Positions 51,136 through 63,932 are shown, numbered from the whole stretch's first letter. The stretch is 63,932 bases of DNA, filler included, from Octopus bimaculoides (GCF_001194135.2; 6 parts of 6 records of this genome joined end to end with filler, not necessarily neighbours in it), one strand, 5' to 3'. Program-made: numbers and translations. Notes: generated from the sequence alone by a model not told the origin.

Positions 51136-51825
51136 ACGGGCTTTTTTCAGTTTCCATCTACCAAATCCACTCACAAGGCTTTGGTTGGCCCGAGGCTATA
51201 GTAGAAGACACTTGCCCAAGATGCCACGCAGTGGGACTGAACCCAGAACCTGCCAGTTCCCTCCACTTAAAATGTATAATTTTATCCCTTAACTGATTGA
51301 AATTCATTAAAATGGGAAACCCTGCCCATTAGAATATGTAGCTCTGTCCCTTAATTGACAATTAGCACCCATTAAAACATGTAACCACATCCCTTAAACA
51401 GCTTTTCCATTAGAATGTGTAACTGTAAGCCCATTGTTTTTGTTTAGCCCAAGGTCAGCCATCTTCAGGACTAATTGAAAGTGTTCCAATCATGACCATA
51501 ACATCTATTTGTATGCAAGAGACTTATATACAATTGCATTCTTCTTAATTTAAGACAGCAGAGTGTGATTTGAGAGAGGTATGATTACTATTTCTAGCAA
51601 GTCAACCGACCACAAACAGGCTCGTTTGCTGGCTTATCATTCCTGCAGTTCAGAGTGGGAGTGGGTAAGAGAAGGAGGAGGAGTAGCAAAACACAAACAC
51701 TAGCATGTGACTGTACAGATGATGCCTGTGTGATTGTATCCACATATCTGTGTTCTGTAGACTTTAGACATAACAAACAACAATTCTAATCAAATACATC
51801 TATCTATCTCTATATATACATATGT

Positions 51826-51868
<43 letters not shown>

Positions 51869-52218
51869 NNNNNNNNNNNNNNNNNNNNNNNNNNNNNNNN
51901 NNNNNNNNNNNNTTAATTAATTAANNNNNNNNNNNNNNNNNNNNNNNNNNNNNNNNNNNNNNNNNNNNTATATATATATATATATATATGGAATATCCCG
52001 CTCCACTTTGAGTGTGTGTGTGTGTATGGTTGAGTATATATGTGTTGGGGGGGGGGAAGAGTAGTGTGTGAATCTTAAGTTCATGAAATGAGTATTCAAG
52101 AAGAAAAAAAATAAGTAAGACAAATAAACAAGAAAAGAAACAGTAACAGAATATACTGAAGGGAAACAAAAAATAAAACAAATGGAATATGGTAATGTGG
52201 GACTTTGGAATGAGCAAA

Positions 52219-53377
52219 GGAAGAAGAAGAAGAAGAAGAAGAAGAAGAAGAAGAAGAAGAAGAAGAAGAAGAAGAAGAAAAGGAGAAGACGGGGAAGAAG
52301 AAGAAGAAGATGATGAAGAAGAAGAAAGAGGAGGAAGAAGAGAAGGAGGAGAAAGAAAAAGAAGAAGAAAGAGGAGGAAGCAGAGAAGGAGGAGAAGGAA
52401 GAAGGAGAAAAGGAAGAAGAAGAAGAAGAAGAAGAAGAAGAAGAAGAAGAAGAAGAAGAAGAAGAAGAAGAAGAAGAAGAAGAAGAAGAAGGAGAAGAAG
52501 AAGCAGAGGAAGAGATGGAAGAAGAAGCAGAGGAAGAAATGGAAGAAGAAGAGAAGCAAAGTAAAAAAGACAGAAAGAGAAGAAAAAGAGGAAGGACTAT
52601 AGGACAGTGAAGGAAGAAAAGAAAAAGAAAATTAAAAAGAAATAACAGAATAAGAACTAATATATGTAGATATGTTGATGATGATGATGATGACGATGAC
52701 GATGACGACGTCAATAAAGACAACAACAAGGAGATGACCGCAATTAAGCAAAATGCGATAATGATGATGATGATGTTGAAGAGGAGGAGGAGAAGGAGGA
52801 GGAGGAGGAGGAGGAGGAGGAGGAAGGGGAGAAGTAGAAGAAGGGTTAAAAAGAAAAAAAGATAGTGAAAAAGATTACAAAGATGATAATGATGAGGAGG
52901 AGGATGAGGAGGGAGAGGGGGATGAGGATGAGGAGAAGGAGGTGGAAGAGGAGAAGTAGAAGAGGTATTAGAAAGAAAAATGAAGATAGTGAAAAATGAT
53001 GATGATGATGATGATGGAGAAAATGAAACAATAATAACGCCACCACCAGTGCGATCACCACCACCACCACCACCACCACCACCGCAAACAGCAACAATAA
53101 TATTAATAACAACAACTACAAGACGAAGAAGCTATGATGATGATATATAATGATATTGAAAACAACCACATTGAATGATGGTGATGATGAGGAGGAGAAG
53201 GAAGAGGAGGAGAAGAAGGAGGAGGAGAAGTAGAAGGAAGAGGAGGAGGAGGAGGAGGAGGAGGAGAAGGAAGAGGAAGTGGAGAGAGTGAAGGAGGAGA
53301 AGTGAAGAGGGTGGGGAAAGAACAAGATCAAGAAGAGCAAGTGGAGAAGAAATAAGGAAAAAGAATGTAATTAATGA

Positions 53378-53432
<55 letters not shown>
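52219..53432. repeat. Compound (GAA)n/(GAG)n/(GAT)n/(GA)n purine-rich tract
   Basis: Directly visible; source of the poly-S, poly-F, poly-R and poly-K ORFs. Confidence 0.95.
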
Positions 53433-53440
<8 letters not shown>

Positions 53441-56400
53441 AAGAGCGATAGTGAGGTGGTGGGAAGGAAGAGGACGCGCTGCACTACGAACCAATATCAT
53501 AATAGACAAGAAGAGTACGGGTACACTTACGCCTACACACACACGCACACATACACATCTTTATACACTCATACACACATACAGAGATTATATGTCGACT
53601 GACAGTAAACTAACTCGCGTCACCACATACCCGCCTCCTACCCACCCATACGCGCACACACTTCATACACGAATACATGCATACGTAATATACATACTCT
53701 TACATATGGACAGAGTATAACTGCACACAGTCATACGCATTCGTTAAGAAAAGTAACAAAGATTGACATGAATATACTTACGTACACACACACACACACA
53801 CAGAATCCTCCCCCTCACACACACATTCACACATATACACACACGCACGCACGCATACGCAAGCTCAGAGATTAACTTGTAATACATACACACAAACACA
53901 TTATAGCTTACAAATTCACTCACATACACATAGACACGCAGGTTCATTCACAAGCAAGCAGTTCAAGAACGCTCATGTGGGCGTTTATGTGCGTTTGCGT
54001 GTATGTGAGTATGTGAGCGTGTGTGTGTATGTATGTGTGTGTAATCGCGCACGTGCGTGCGTGTAATATATATATATATCATATATATACATTAGACACA
54101 CACACGCACATATGTATGCGTGATATGTGTGTAAGAGAATGTACTATATTCATGCTTTCATATATGTATATACAATAAAATTTTATATATATACATATGT
54201 ATATATATATATATATATNNNNNNNNNNNNNNNNNNNNNNNNNNNNNNNNNNNNNNNNNNNNNNNNNNNNNNNNNNNNNNNNNNNNNNNNNNNNNNNNNN
54301 NNNNNNNNNNNNNNNNNNNNNNNNNNNNNNNNNNNNNNNNNNNNNNNNNNNNNNNNNNNNNNNNNNNNNNNNNNNNNNNNNNNNNNNNNNNNNNNNNNNN
54401 NNNNNNNNNNNNNNNNNNNNNNNNNNNNNNNNNNNNNNNNNNNNNNNNNNNNNNNNNNNNNNNNNNNNNNNNNNNNNNNNNNNNNNNNNNNNNNNNNNNN
54501 NNNNNNNNNNNNNNNNNNNNNNNNNNNNNNNNNNNNNNNNNNNNNNNNNNNNNNNNNNNNNNNNNNNNNNNNNNNNNNNNNNNNNNNNNNNNNNNNNNNN
54601 NNNNNNNNNNNNNNNNNNNNNNNNNNNNNNNNNNNNNNNNNNNNNNNNNNNNNNNNNNNNNNNNNNNNNNNNNNNNNNNNNNNNNNNNNNNNNNNNNNNN
54701 NNNNNNNNNNNNNNNNNNNNNNNNNNNNNNNNNNNNNNNNNNNNNNNNNNNNNNNNNNNNNNNNNNNNNNNNNNNNNNNNNNNNNNNNNNNNNNNNNNNN
54801 NNNNNNNNNNNNNNNNNNNNNNNNNNNNNNNNNNNNNNNNNNNNNNNNNNNNATATATATATATATATATATATATATACACGCACAACGCGCACATCTA
54901 CATTCTACACATTATATAGCGTATCTATTAAGGAAATTGCAGAATCGGCGGCGTCTTAAGCAAAATCCGTCAGGATGAGTGTTGATATGTCAAAAATAAC
55001 ATACCGTGATATTATCAGTTGTTACAGCATCACTTTGAGTTAAAGAAATCGCCAAACACTTTCTTTTATAAGAAGCCACTACTCCAGCACTTTTGCTCTC
55101 GCCAGTTTACAAACCAATTAGAATAATTAATTGGTTTATTGTTTCTCTACAATTGCTTCTGAAACACTTTCTGTGTATATGAAAAGACGATTAGACACTT
55201 TGATGCGTGGATGTACAGGGCTCGGGTCTGGAGTTGTTTATTTTCTAGGAAGATATATAAAAGAAATGAAGAACGAACTGTCAAATATAATGGGAATGAT
55301 TTAGAATGAAAAGTGGTAGAAGTTAGATGAATAAGTTCTGATATAGGCACAAGGTCAACAATTTTGAGGAGAATTGGGGTTAGTCAATAAAAGAGACCCT
55401 TTTACATCTTCTCACGAGTCCTTCTCTCCCTATGAAATATAGTCCATTGACAACTTTTCTCCACTCTTCTCCACTTTTTATTGCTTTTCGGCTTCTCTCG
55501 AATAGGTCCTTTCTATTTTTTCTCTGTCCTCCCTCCATATCTCGACTCTAGTTACTTTAAGGGCATCCATTGATATGCTTCCCTTGTGATCTCCTTTACC
55601 TTAAGACCCCAAATTGACTGAGTAACGCCAGCTAAGGGAAATGCTTGGAAACGAATTGTGAGACTACAGACTGTAGAAACTCTTCCCCTCTCTCTTTCTT
55701 TCTCTCTCAGTAAATTCCTCAACAGGTTTCTTATTACGTGGAAAGAGAAAGGAAATTTAATCACTGAACAAAATCACAGAAATAACTACTGTAAGATTCT
55801 GGATTAATCCTCTCTGACCTGTGTCTAACTTTAACCTCCTCTTGGGCTTCCGAGCAATAACATAAATAGTTGCACACACAGGCAAACTAATGGACAAAAT
55901 CGGTTGCGTTTTCTTTTACATGTGTTGTTCATGGCCACTTTATGGGGAACCCAGCAGAGATCACGTTTATCCTATTCACACGAAACCGGGAATATGGCGT
56001 GACGGACTAACAGGGTAAAAATGTGTGAAACGTTGTCTACTCCTACCGCCGGGGCGCAAAGCAGCGCCTAAACAGTCCCAGTTGGGTTACCTATCTAAGG
56101 ATGGGGGTCTGCTGGTGAAAACTCGAAACATCAGATATTCGTGGATCACGTCACTCACTTTTGATGCATCACTGTTCATTCTAATGTACCTTTCACGTCG
56201 TAGACAAAAATAATTTTTTATTTATAATTTTCGAATTTATTCATTTAAAAAAAAAAAATTTCTATCTTGGAAAAACAATACATACATGCTTTTCGTTTTT
56301 AGCAAGTAGGTAATATTTGGTACGAACTGGTATCCGAAAGAGCCTACTGCCTAATATCAACAAATGCTTGGTAGTCGGATTAGATCATTTATATATTTGT

Positions 56401-56884
56401 CATGAATAACCTATGATCAAGTCATCATTTAGTTTTACAGTTCCAACTATTTAAATAGTCAAACATCGATCACATGATGTTTCAAATTACATTAACATTA
56501 CTCTGTACGCAAGTCAGTGATGAATACTGAGAACCACTGCCATCTATTCAGAAACTAAGCTATTTCATTGATTATGTATTATCATGTATACAGCGTAGCA
56601 GAGATAATCGCCATTGTACTGTCCATCTGACGTCCTAACATTAAGAAAATAAAACACAGGAAGCGGCCATATTACCTCTGACCTTTAACATACTGACCCA
56701 TCGTATAATTACACTGGTCATAGCAAAATAAATACAGTGGAATATTAAATATGTGTTTCTCCGTTTGACTATCACTGTAACTATATACACTAATGCATAA
56801 TAAAGACATCTGAAACGAGGAGAATATTAATTAAGCAGCTCTGATTTCCGCAACTTCCCCGATAGTATTTGTACGATTATCTGG

Positions 56885-57305
56885 TGGCACTCCGTCGGTT
56901 ACGACGACGAAGGGTTCCAGTTGATCCGATCAACGGAACAGCCTGCTCGTGAAATTAACGTGCAAGTGGCTGAGCACTCCACAGACACGTGTACCCTTAA
57001 CGTAGTTCTCGGGGAGATTCAGCGTGACGGAGAGTGTGACAAGGCCGACCCTTTGAATTACAGGCGCAACAGAAGCAGAAAGAAAGAGTGAGAGAAAGTT
57101 GTAGTGAAAGAGTACAGCAGGGTTCGCCACCATACCCTGCTGGAGCCTCGTGGAACTTTAGGTGTTTNNNNNNNNNNGGGTTCGCCACCATACCCTGCTG
57201 GAGCCTCGTGGAACTTTAGGTGTTTTCGCTCAATAAACACTCACAACGCCCGGTCTGGGAATCGAAACAGAGATCCTAAGATCGCGAGTCCGCTGCCTTA
57301 ACCAT
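56885..57305 (-). mobile_element. SINE family A with a 10-N gap and artefactual duplication
   Basis: Matches family A; about 48 bp duplicated across the gap at 57168-57177. Confidence 0.88.
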
Positions 57306-57900
57306 ATGTATATGTATATGTATCTATATGTATGTATATAGTTGAATACATAGGTTAGTGGAAAGCGTTAGAGAATCAAGTGGATGCATGTGTTGGGACT
57401 TCATTATCGACCGAGTGCTGTCATCAACAGTAATATCACACCTTCGTGTCGAATATTGTTCCCTTAAGATATACACAGTGAATAATATGTACTTAACCTT
57501 AATTTACACACTATGATAATTTTGTCGCATTATTTCGAAGATAAACACGTAGAGGTAATACATTAATGTATTTGGAATGAAAATGGCGAGGTAGTTTAAT
57601 AGAATACTTCGGTTTAGTGTGAAATCCTAACGAAGAGGCAATAAGAGTCAGGAATACTGAGGTGTCAAAGAAACGTAAAAGTGAAAGAAATATGGTGGCC
57701 ATGTTTTTTTCTTTTTTGACACGTGCCTCAATAACACTGGCAAAGGTAATTGGTTGGAAAACATGAACTCTAATAGTTAATAGACATATATATATATATA
57801 NNNNNNNNNNNNNNNNNNNNNNNNNNNNNNNNNNNNNNNNNNNNTTAATTAATTAANNNNNNNNNNNNNNNNNNNNNNNNNNNNNNNNNNNNNNNNNNNN

Positions 57901-58006
57901 CTCACAAACGGCGCCCACACCTCTTCACCGTCGTCAATGAAGTTCCAGAGATGCCGCAGTCTCAGCGCATGTCTGCGCATCATTAACCACGGCATCCCCA
58001 GTCCAT
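57901..58006 (-). mobile_element. L1/Tx1-like LINE ORF2 fragment
   Basis: GLGMPWLMMRRHALRLRHLWNFIDDGEEVWAPFV resembles the GGLG..LRL..L...W motif after Tx1 RT. GC-rich, abuts (GATA)n. Confidence 0.6.
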
Positions 58007-58027
58007 AGATAGATAGATAGATTGATT

Positions 58028-58063
<36 letters not shown>

Positions 58064-58375
58064 CCAGAAAAAGATTGACAGTATACGCACAGAAACTCAC
58101 ACACACATACGCGCACGCACACACATAAGCGCACATGCACGCACACACATAGGCGCACATGCACGCACGCACACACNNNNNNNNNNNNNNNNNNNNNNNN
58201 NNNNNNNNNNNNNNNNNNNNNNNNNNNNNNNNNNNNNNNNNAGTAACAGGTTCACTTAGCTCCTCTTGTTACTCAGAGATTTGTAGACGAAACTTTAGTA
58301 ACATGGGGGTGGGCGGAGATAAGCCAGCCTAACTCCAGCTATGTGTTGAGATCAACTCCCATTCGTATGTTCACT

Positions 58376-58417
<42 letters not shown>

Positions 58418-58422
58418 CAGCG

Positions 58423-58453
<31 letters not shown>

Positions 58454-59010
58454 GACAGAGAGGGGTGATGGAAGTAGATAGGTAGGTACATATTTATCTA
58501 GAGAATCAAATAATAATGTATTCATTTGACTCTCGTGTTTTCTCATGTTTTCTCATAGACCAGCGTCCTGGTTTTCAAATAGGTCTAACGGAATACATTG
58601 AGCCCGTAGGATGGCTCGGAGGTACATACCATGTTATACATATACATCTGCTAAATTATTGTATCTCTGCAGCATAGAATTATCAGTAGCTCATTTTAAA
58701 ATTGCATATATTAAATGGCATACAGTAATCCATCGCCATATCGCGGTTCACCTATGGCGCACTCAGTACATCGCGGATTTCTCTGTTTAATATATGTAAA
58801 TTTATATCGCGGAATCCTCAGTATATCACGGGTTTCTACGGCCGATAGGTATTTATATTGTTTTAGATTTTAATCATTTCTGTTGGAGGTTTTGGAACGT
58901 AACGCTCGCGATAGTCGAGGAATTGGTGTACACGTAAAAAAAGCTACTAATAGTCCTGTTTTGTTGATACTACCAATAAAGGAAGAGTATACCTTCTCTC
59001 TCTGTCTCTC

Positions 59011-59081
<71 letters not shown>

Positions 59082-61259
59082 NNNNNNNNNNNNNNNNNNN
59101 NNNNNNNNNNNNNNNNNNNNNNNNNNNNNNNNNNNNNNNNNNNNNNNNNNNNNNNNNNNNNNNNNNNNNNNNNNNNNNNNNNNNNNNNNNNNNNNNNNNN
59201 NNNNNNNNNNNNNNNNNNNNNNNNNNNNNNNNNNNNNNNNNNNNNNNNNNNNNNNNNNNNNNNNNNNNNNNNNNNNNNNNNNNNNNNNNNNNNNNNNNNN
59301 NNNNNNNNNNNNNNNNNNNNNNNNNNNNNNNNNNNNNNNNNTATGTGGTAAGAAGCTTCCTTCCCAAACACACGGTTCCGGGCTCAGTTTCACTGCGTGG
59401 CACCTTGGGCAAATGTCTTCTACTATAGCCTCGGGCCGACCGAGCGCTTGTAAGTGGATTTGGTAGACGGAAACTGAAAGAAGCCCGCCGTCTGTGTGTG
59501 TGTGTGTGTGTGTGTGTGTCTGCCATCGCTTGACAACTGATGCTGGTGTGTTTATGTACCCGTAACTTTACGGTTCGGCAAAAAGTTCCGATAGAATAAG
59601 TACTAAGCTTCCCAAGAATAAGTCCTGGGATCGATTTCTTCGACTAAAACCCTTTAAGGTGATGCTCCAGCATGGCTGTAATCAAATGATTGAAACAAGT
59701 AAAAGAATAAAAGAATACATACATACATACGTATGTATGTGTGCATTTGCTCGTATATAGGTTCGTACCTATATACGAACATAAATACACACGTACCTAC
59801 ATATACACATATATTGCCATTTTTTACAGAAGAAGGCATTAGACTAGCAAGCCCGGCTTTAGACAAACAGCCCCTGGAGCAGGTAATACAAATATTTTCA
59901 GGATGTAAAGTGTCTGGGATGGAAGTCAAGTCATGTTTATGATGTGTTCGTGTCAACACGCATACACGCAAGCACACTTATATTCAAGCTCTCAAATTAA
60001 AGAAAACATGAAAATGTGTCGTGTGGCAAGGTCAGTGACACTGAATAAATGAATGAATAAATGAATGTTATATCTTCAGTTTAATGCAAATATATTTATT
60101 TACAAAGTTGTTGCTATGCTGCTTAGTCTACAACGATATCTAGTTTCAGTTTCAAAAACAAAACAAAATAAAAAAGGGAATGTTTTACAATCGTACACTA
60201 TGCATCAGCGTTGTCAATGGCGATGTTTTATGTTATAATACAATATAAAACAATATAATACAATATAATACAATATAATACAATACAATGCATTTCAGTC
60301 AAGACTAAGATTCCAGGTTTCTCGAATGAGAAGAAATAATGCACACATGCATGCATACATACACACATATATAGGTCTGTTTTTCTGTGTATATGCATTA
60401 TGTATGTATGTATGTATGTATGTATGTATGTACGTGTGTACGTATGTACGTATGTATGTACATATATATATATATANNNNNNNNNNNNNNNNNNNNNNNN
60501 NNNNNNNNNNNNNNNNNNNNNNNNNNNNNNNNNNNNNNNNNNNNNNNNNNNNNNNNNNNNNNNNNNNNNNNNNNNNNNNNNNNNNNNNNNNNNNNNNNNN
60601 NNNNNNNNNNNNNNNNNNNNNNNNNNNNNNNNNNNNNNNNNNNNNNNNNNNNNNNNNNNNNNNNNNNNNNNNNNNNNNNNNNNNNNNNNNNNNNNNNNNN
60701 NNNNNNNNNNNNNNNNNNNNNNNNNNNNNNNNNNNNNNNNNNNNNNNNNNNNNNNNNNNNNNNNNNNNNNNNNNNNNNNNNNNNNNNNNNNNNNNNNNNN
60801 NNNNNNNNNNNNNNNNNNNNNNNNNNNNNNNNNNNNNNNNNNNNNNNNNNNNNNNNNNNNNNNNNNNNNNNNNNNNNNNNNNNNNNNNNNNNNNNNNNNN
60901 NNNNNNNNNNNNNNNNNNNNNNNNNNNNNNNNNNNNNNNNNNNNNNNNNNNNNNNNNNNNNNNNNNNNNNNNNNNNNNNNNNNNNNNNNNNNNNNNNNNN
61001 NNNNNNNNNNNNNNNNNNNNNNNNNNNNNNNNNNNNNNNNNNNNNNNNNNNNNNNNNNNNNNNNNNNNNNNNNNNNNNNNNNATATATATATATATATAT
61101 ATAAAGTTTATCACCACTTAAAAATGGTTGTCCCGTAAGAACCGACGTAACTGCTATTTTGCTCATTGCAAGATCAATGACTGTGTTACATATTTCCTAT
61201 ATATTTCTAGCTGGAATGAACTACTGCTAACTCTAACGGACGAGTATCCAGCATCGTGG

Positions 61260-62008
61260 AGAATTTACAACAATGCTTGGAAGAAAGGTGTGTGGCGTGT
61301 GATCGTCGCATTGATCATGAGAGAGAAAGCTGTCATGGCGATACCTGTTCAGAGGCCTACGTAAGGTTGCAGAAAGTGCATGAAGAGAAGTGTATGAGCT
61401 GCATACAAGTGTACGAGTGTTTCAGACGTTTCCAAGATGGCCGAAATAATATTGACGAACGTTCTGGGAGACCTACAACCAGCAGAACTGAGAACAACAT
61501 CGCAGATGTGCGTCCAGCTGTGAGGGCAAATCGTGGAATCACCATCCGTCAGTTATCAGATGTGCACATTAGTTACGGTTCAGTTCAGCCCGTCATCAAT
61601 GAAGATTTATGTATGAGACGTGTGTCTGCCAATTTTGTGCCAAAACTACTTTAAGCTAACCAAAAAGACACTCGGGTTTCAGTTGCACATTTTCTCTCTG
61701 ATTGTGTCGAGAACGATGAAAACTTTGTAAAAACTTTGCGTAAGCCGCTGAGCAGATATCGCCAAGCTTTTGGCAAAATTTGATATAGATTCTCTGCTCA
61801 ACTTCCTCTCATGGTCAATGCAACGATCACACGCTACACACGTTCCTTCCAAGCACTGCTGTAAACAGCGGAAGTGAGCTAGAACGTTAAAACTTAATGC
61901 GCGTGCACAGCAAAGTTCAAGGTCAATCTGTGTCTAGCGGCTTTACTCCCCGTACTTTTACTTTGTTACTACAGCAACAGTCCGGATACTTATTGATCAG
62001 AACACGTA
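61260..62008 (+). mobile_element. Mariner relic with long internal inverted repeats
   Basis: QVYECFRRFQDGR..DERSGRPTTSRTENNI..VRANRGITIRQL..GSVQ.VI.EDLCMRRVSANFVPKLL. 61264-61330 is inverted at about 61802-61865. Confidence 0.85.
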
Positions 62009-62071
62009 TATACATATATGGATGGAGGTATATATAAATAGACAGACAAACAGCCAGACAGCCAGACAGCC

Positions 62072-62106
<35 letters not shown>

Positions 62107-63932
62107 TAGATAGATAGATAGATAGATAGATATGTTTCTTTATTAGCCACACAGGGCTCAACATAGTGGGGACAAAATACAAATGTAGAGTTTTTTCTTT
62201 TCGAGGGGGGCGAAAACAAAGCAGAAAAANNNNNNNNNNNNNNNNNNNNNNNNNNNNNNNNNNNNNNNNNNNNTTAATTAATTAANNNNNNNNNNNNNNN
62301 NNNNNNNNNNNNNNNNNNNNNNNNNNNNNTGTATTATTGAAACCCCTAATTTCTGCCATCATCCGAGTGATTAAGATGAAATGTGTTCAATACCGACCAA
62401 AATAAACTTGGGACTTCGTTGTCCAGGTTGATAAATGTAATTAGACAGTGGTTGAAACAAAACGTTTGATGATATTTAAATGTTTCTAAAGGGCGATCGC
62501 TGGATTGACAAGATTACTGAGGGGAGCGAAGCGAACAAAATGACAAGCAGTGTTTAATACGTTTTCTTCATATTTTGATGTCTTTATATTCCAATGTTTG
62601 AATCGTGCCAACGTAAACTTTGCTTTGATTCTTCTGGTAGATGGGTCTCAATAAAATAAAGTACCAGTCTTTTACGGAGGTCGGGTTAATATGATCGACT
62701 ACACTCCTCCAATTTTCATATGTGACTTAATGCTTTGGTCTGAAAACAATGTTTGCATATGGATGCCAAATCAATATTTTAAATTTGAAAAGAAACTGAT
62801 TTCTAAATCACACTCATTGTTTTTAATAATGACAGAGAAAACAACCGAACTGCATTTATTTGTATTCAGCGTTGTACTCACAATGCGATAATACATTAAA
62901 CTATTTACTGCTGGAAGATCGGAATGTACGAAAATCTACGCTATGGCCTGGTTTCAACGTTAGTCAGGCGCTGTCTTTCATTTCAGCTAAACGAAACCAA
63001 ACAGAGCATTCGGTGGCCATGTTGATTATTAGATCATATCAACTTACATGATTATTTCATGCAAAACGGTTTTAATCAATTTTAACGAAGGGTGAAAACC
63101 GTATCTCGGTGACGATATCTGACGAATCAGATCTTAATAGATCTCGTTTTCTTCGAAAACATTTTTCTCTTTCCTTTTCTTTTTTTTTTTTGTGTAATTT
63201 CTTTCCGTCTGTAGTTCATTTCTTGTGTTCTTTTTATATTGCTCTTCATTTGTTCACGTGTTTTGCTTTTAATATAATTCAACCATATTTCGAACTGGAC
63301 TCATATATCGTCTCAATTTTTCCCATACTGAATAATTTCCTAACACAAATTCTTCATTCTCTGCTTTTATCCTTCCATTGCTTCTGTATCTTTTTATTAT
63401 TTCCTTTTCCATCATAATCTAATCATTACCAAAGACGAGAAATGTTGGCGTTGATTAACAAAAAAATTCTTAAAAATCAATTAGTTTTTGTTAATATAAC
63501 GAAAACAAGAAGACAGTAAAGTATATGTGATTCACTCGGGCTATATTTTAGTTCAAATTTTGAAAGAAAAAATACGGTCTCAGCATACGCATAAAGGAAA
63601 TCCTTTCAATTTTATAGTTAAACATTGTATCTGAAGTAAAAAAAATATAACATACAAAAATGTACGTGATACAGAAACTACAGAAACTACAAAGTCTATC
63701 GATGATAGTTCCTTCCAGTAACAATAAATGGCTGTGTGTATACGTTGACAGTCATGTACAAGAGAAAATGTACAGAATGCATGCAATAGAATACAATTAT
63801 TTTGTTAGCTGAAGTCATAAGGACGTTACTTGCGAGATTTTCGCTTCTAGAAAACAAATAACGGTTTTACTGCTGGTGCCTATATATGTATATATATATA
63901 TACGTACATATATATATATATATATATATATA

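Noticed and set aside
48638-51296. 300-380 aa ORFs, and similar ones at 3775-4536, 6144-6852, 54079-54978 and 60228-61166
   Set aside because: They are runs of X from N gaps flanked by (TA)n translations.
51917-53548. Poly-S, poly-F, poly-R and poly-K ORFs
   Set aside because: Translations of trinucleotide microsatellites.
55547-55670. ATG GAT GCC (MDA) start and a 71-bp exon-like segment as ATG4 exons 1-3
   Set aside because: Phases and peptides (MDALK; CSLTIRFQAFPLAGVTQSIWGLK) do not match the ATG4 N-terminus.
57119-57226. Tandem duplication inside a SINE
   Set aside because: The copies sit on either side of a 10-N gap, an overlap artefact.

Overview
Repeat-rich animal genomic DNA, most likely an octopus; this is inferred from the SINE families, the microsatellite density and the AT richness. 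Five artificial 100-bp linkers (44 N + TTAATTAATTAA + 44 N) stitch the window from six blocks. The only firmly identified gene is a minus-strand ATG4 (ATG4A/B-type) cysteine protease: seven consecutive internal exons at 39278-46876 splice in frame and carry the catalytic Cys, Asp and His, while the first and last exons were not found. Block 1-19352 is CpG-poor and holds several plus-strand candidate exons of an unidentified gene. The rest is tRNA-derived SINEs, R4/Dong-, CR1-, RTE- and Tx1-like LINE relics, mariner relics, MITEs, one degenerate tRNA-Arg(TCG) and microsatellites. Highlights: (1) a structured 352-bp unit with an exact 119-bp terminal redundancy and a type I hammerhead ribozyme fold (retrozyme-like, 31869-32339); (2) a second hammerhead with an intact core, in sense orientation in a probable ATG4 intron (48326-48416); (3) a 1.36-kb non-autonomous LTR element with TSD, PPT and three tandem PBS-like sites inserted in a LINE RT motif; (4) L1/Tx1-like fragments that consistently abut (ATCT)n. 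Most long ORFs in the supplied track are N-gap or microsatellite artefacts.
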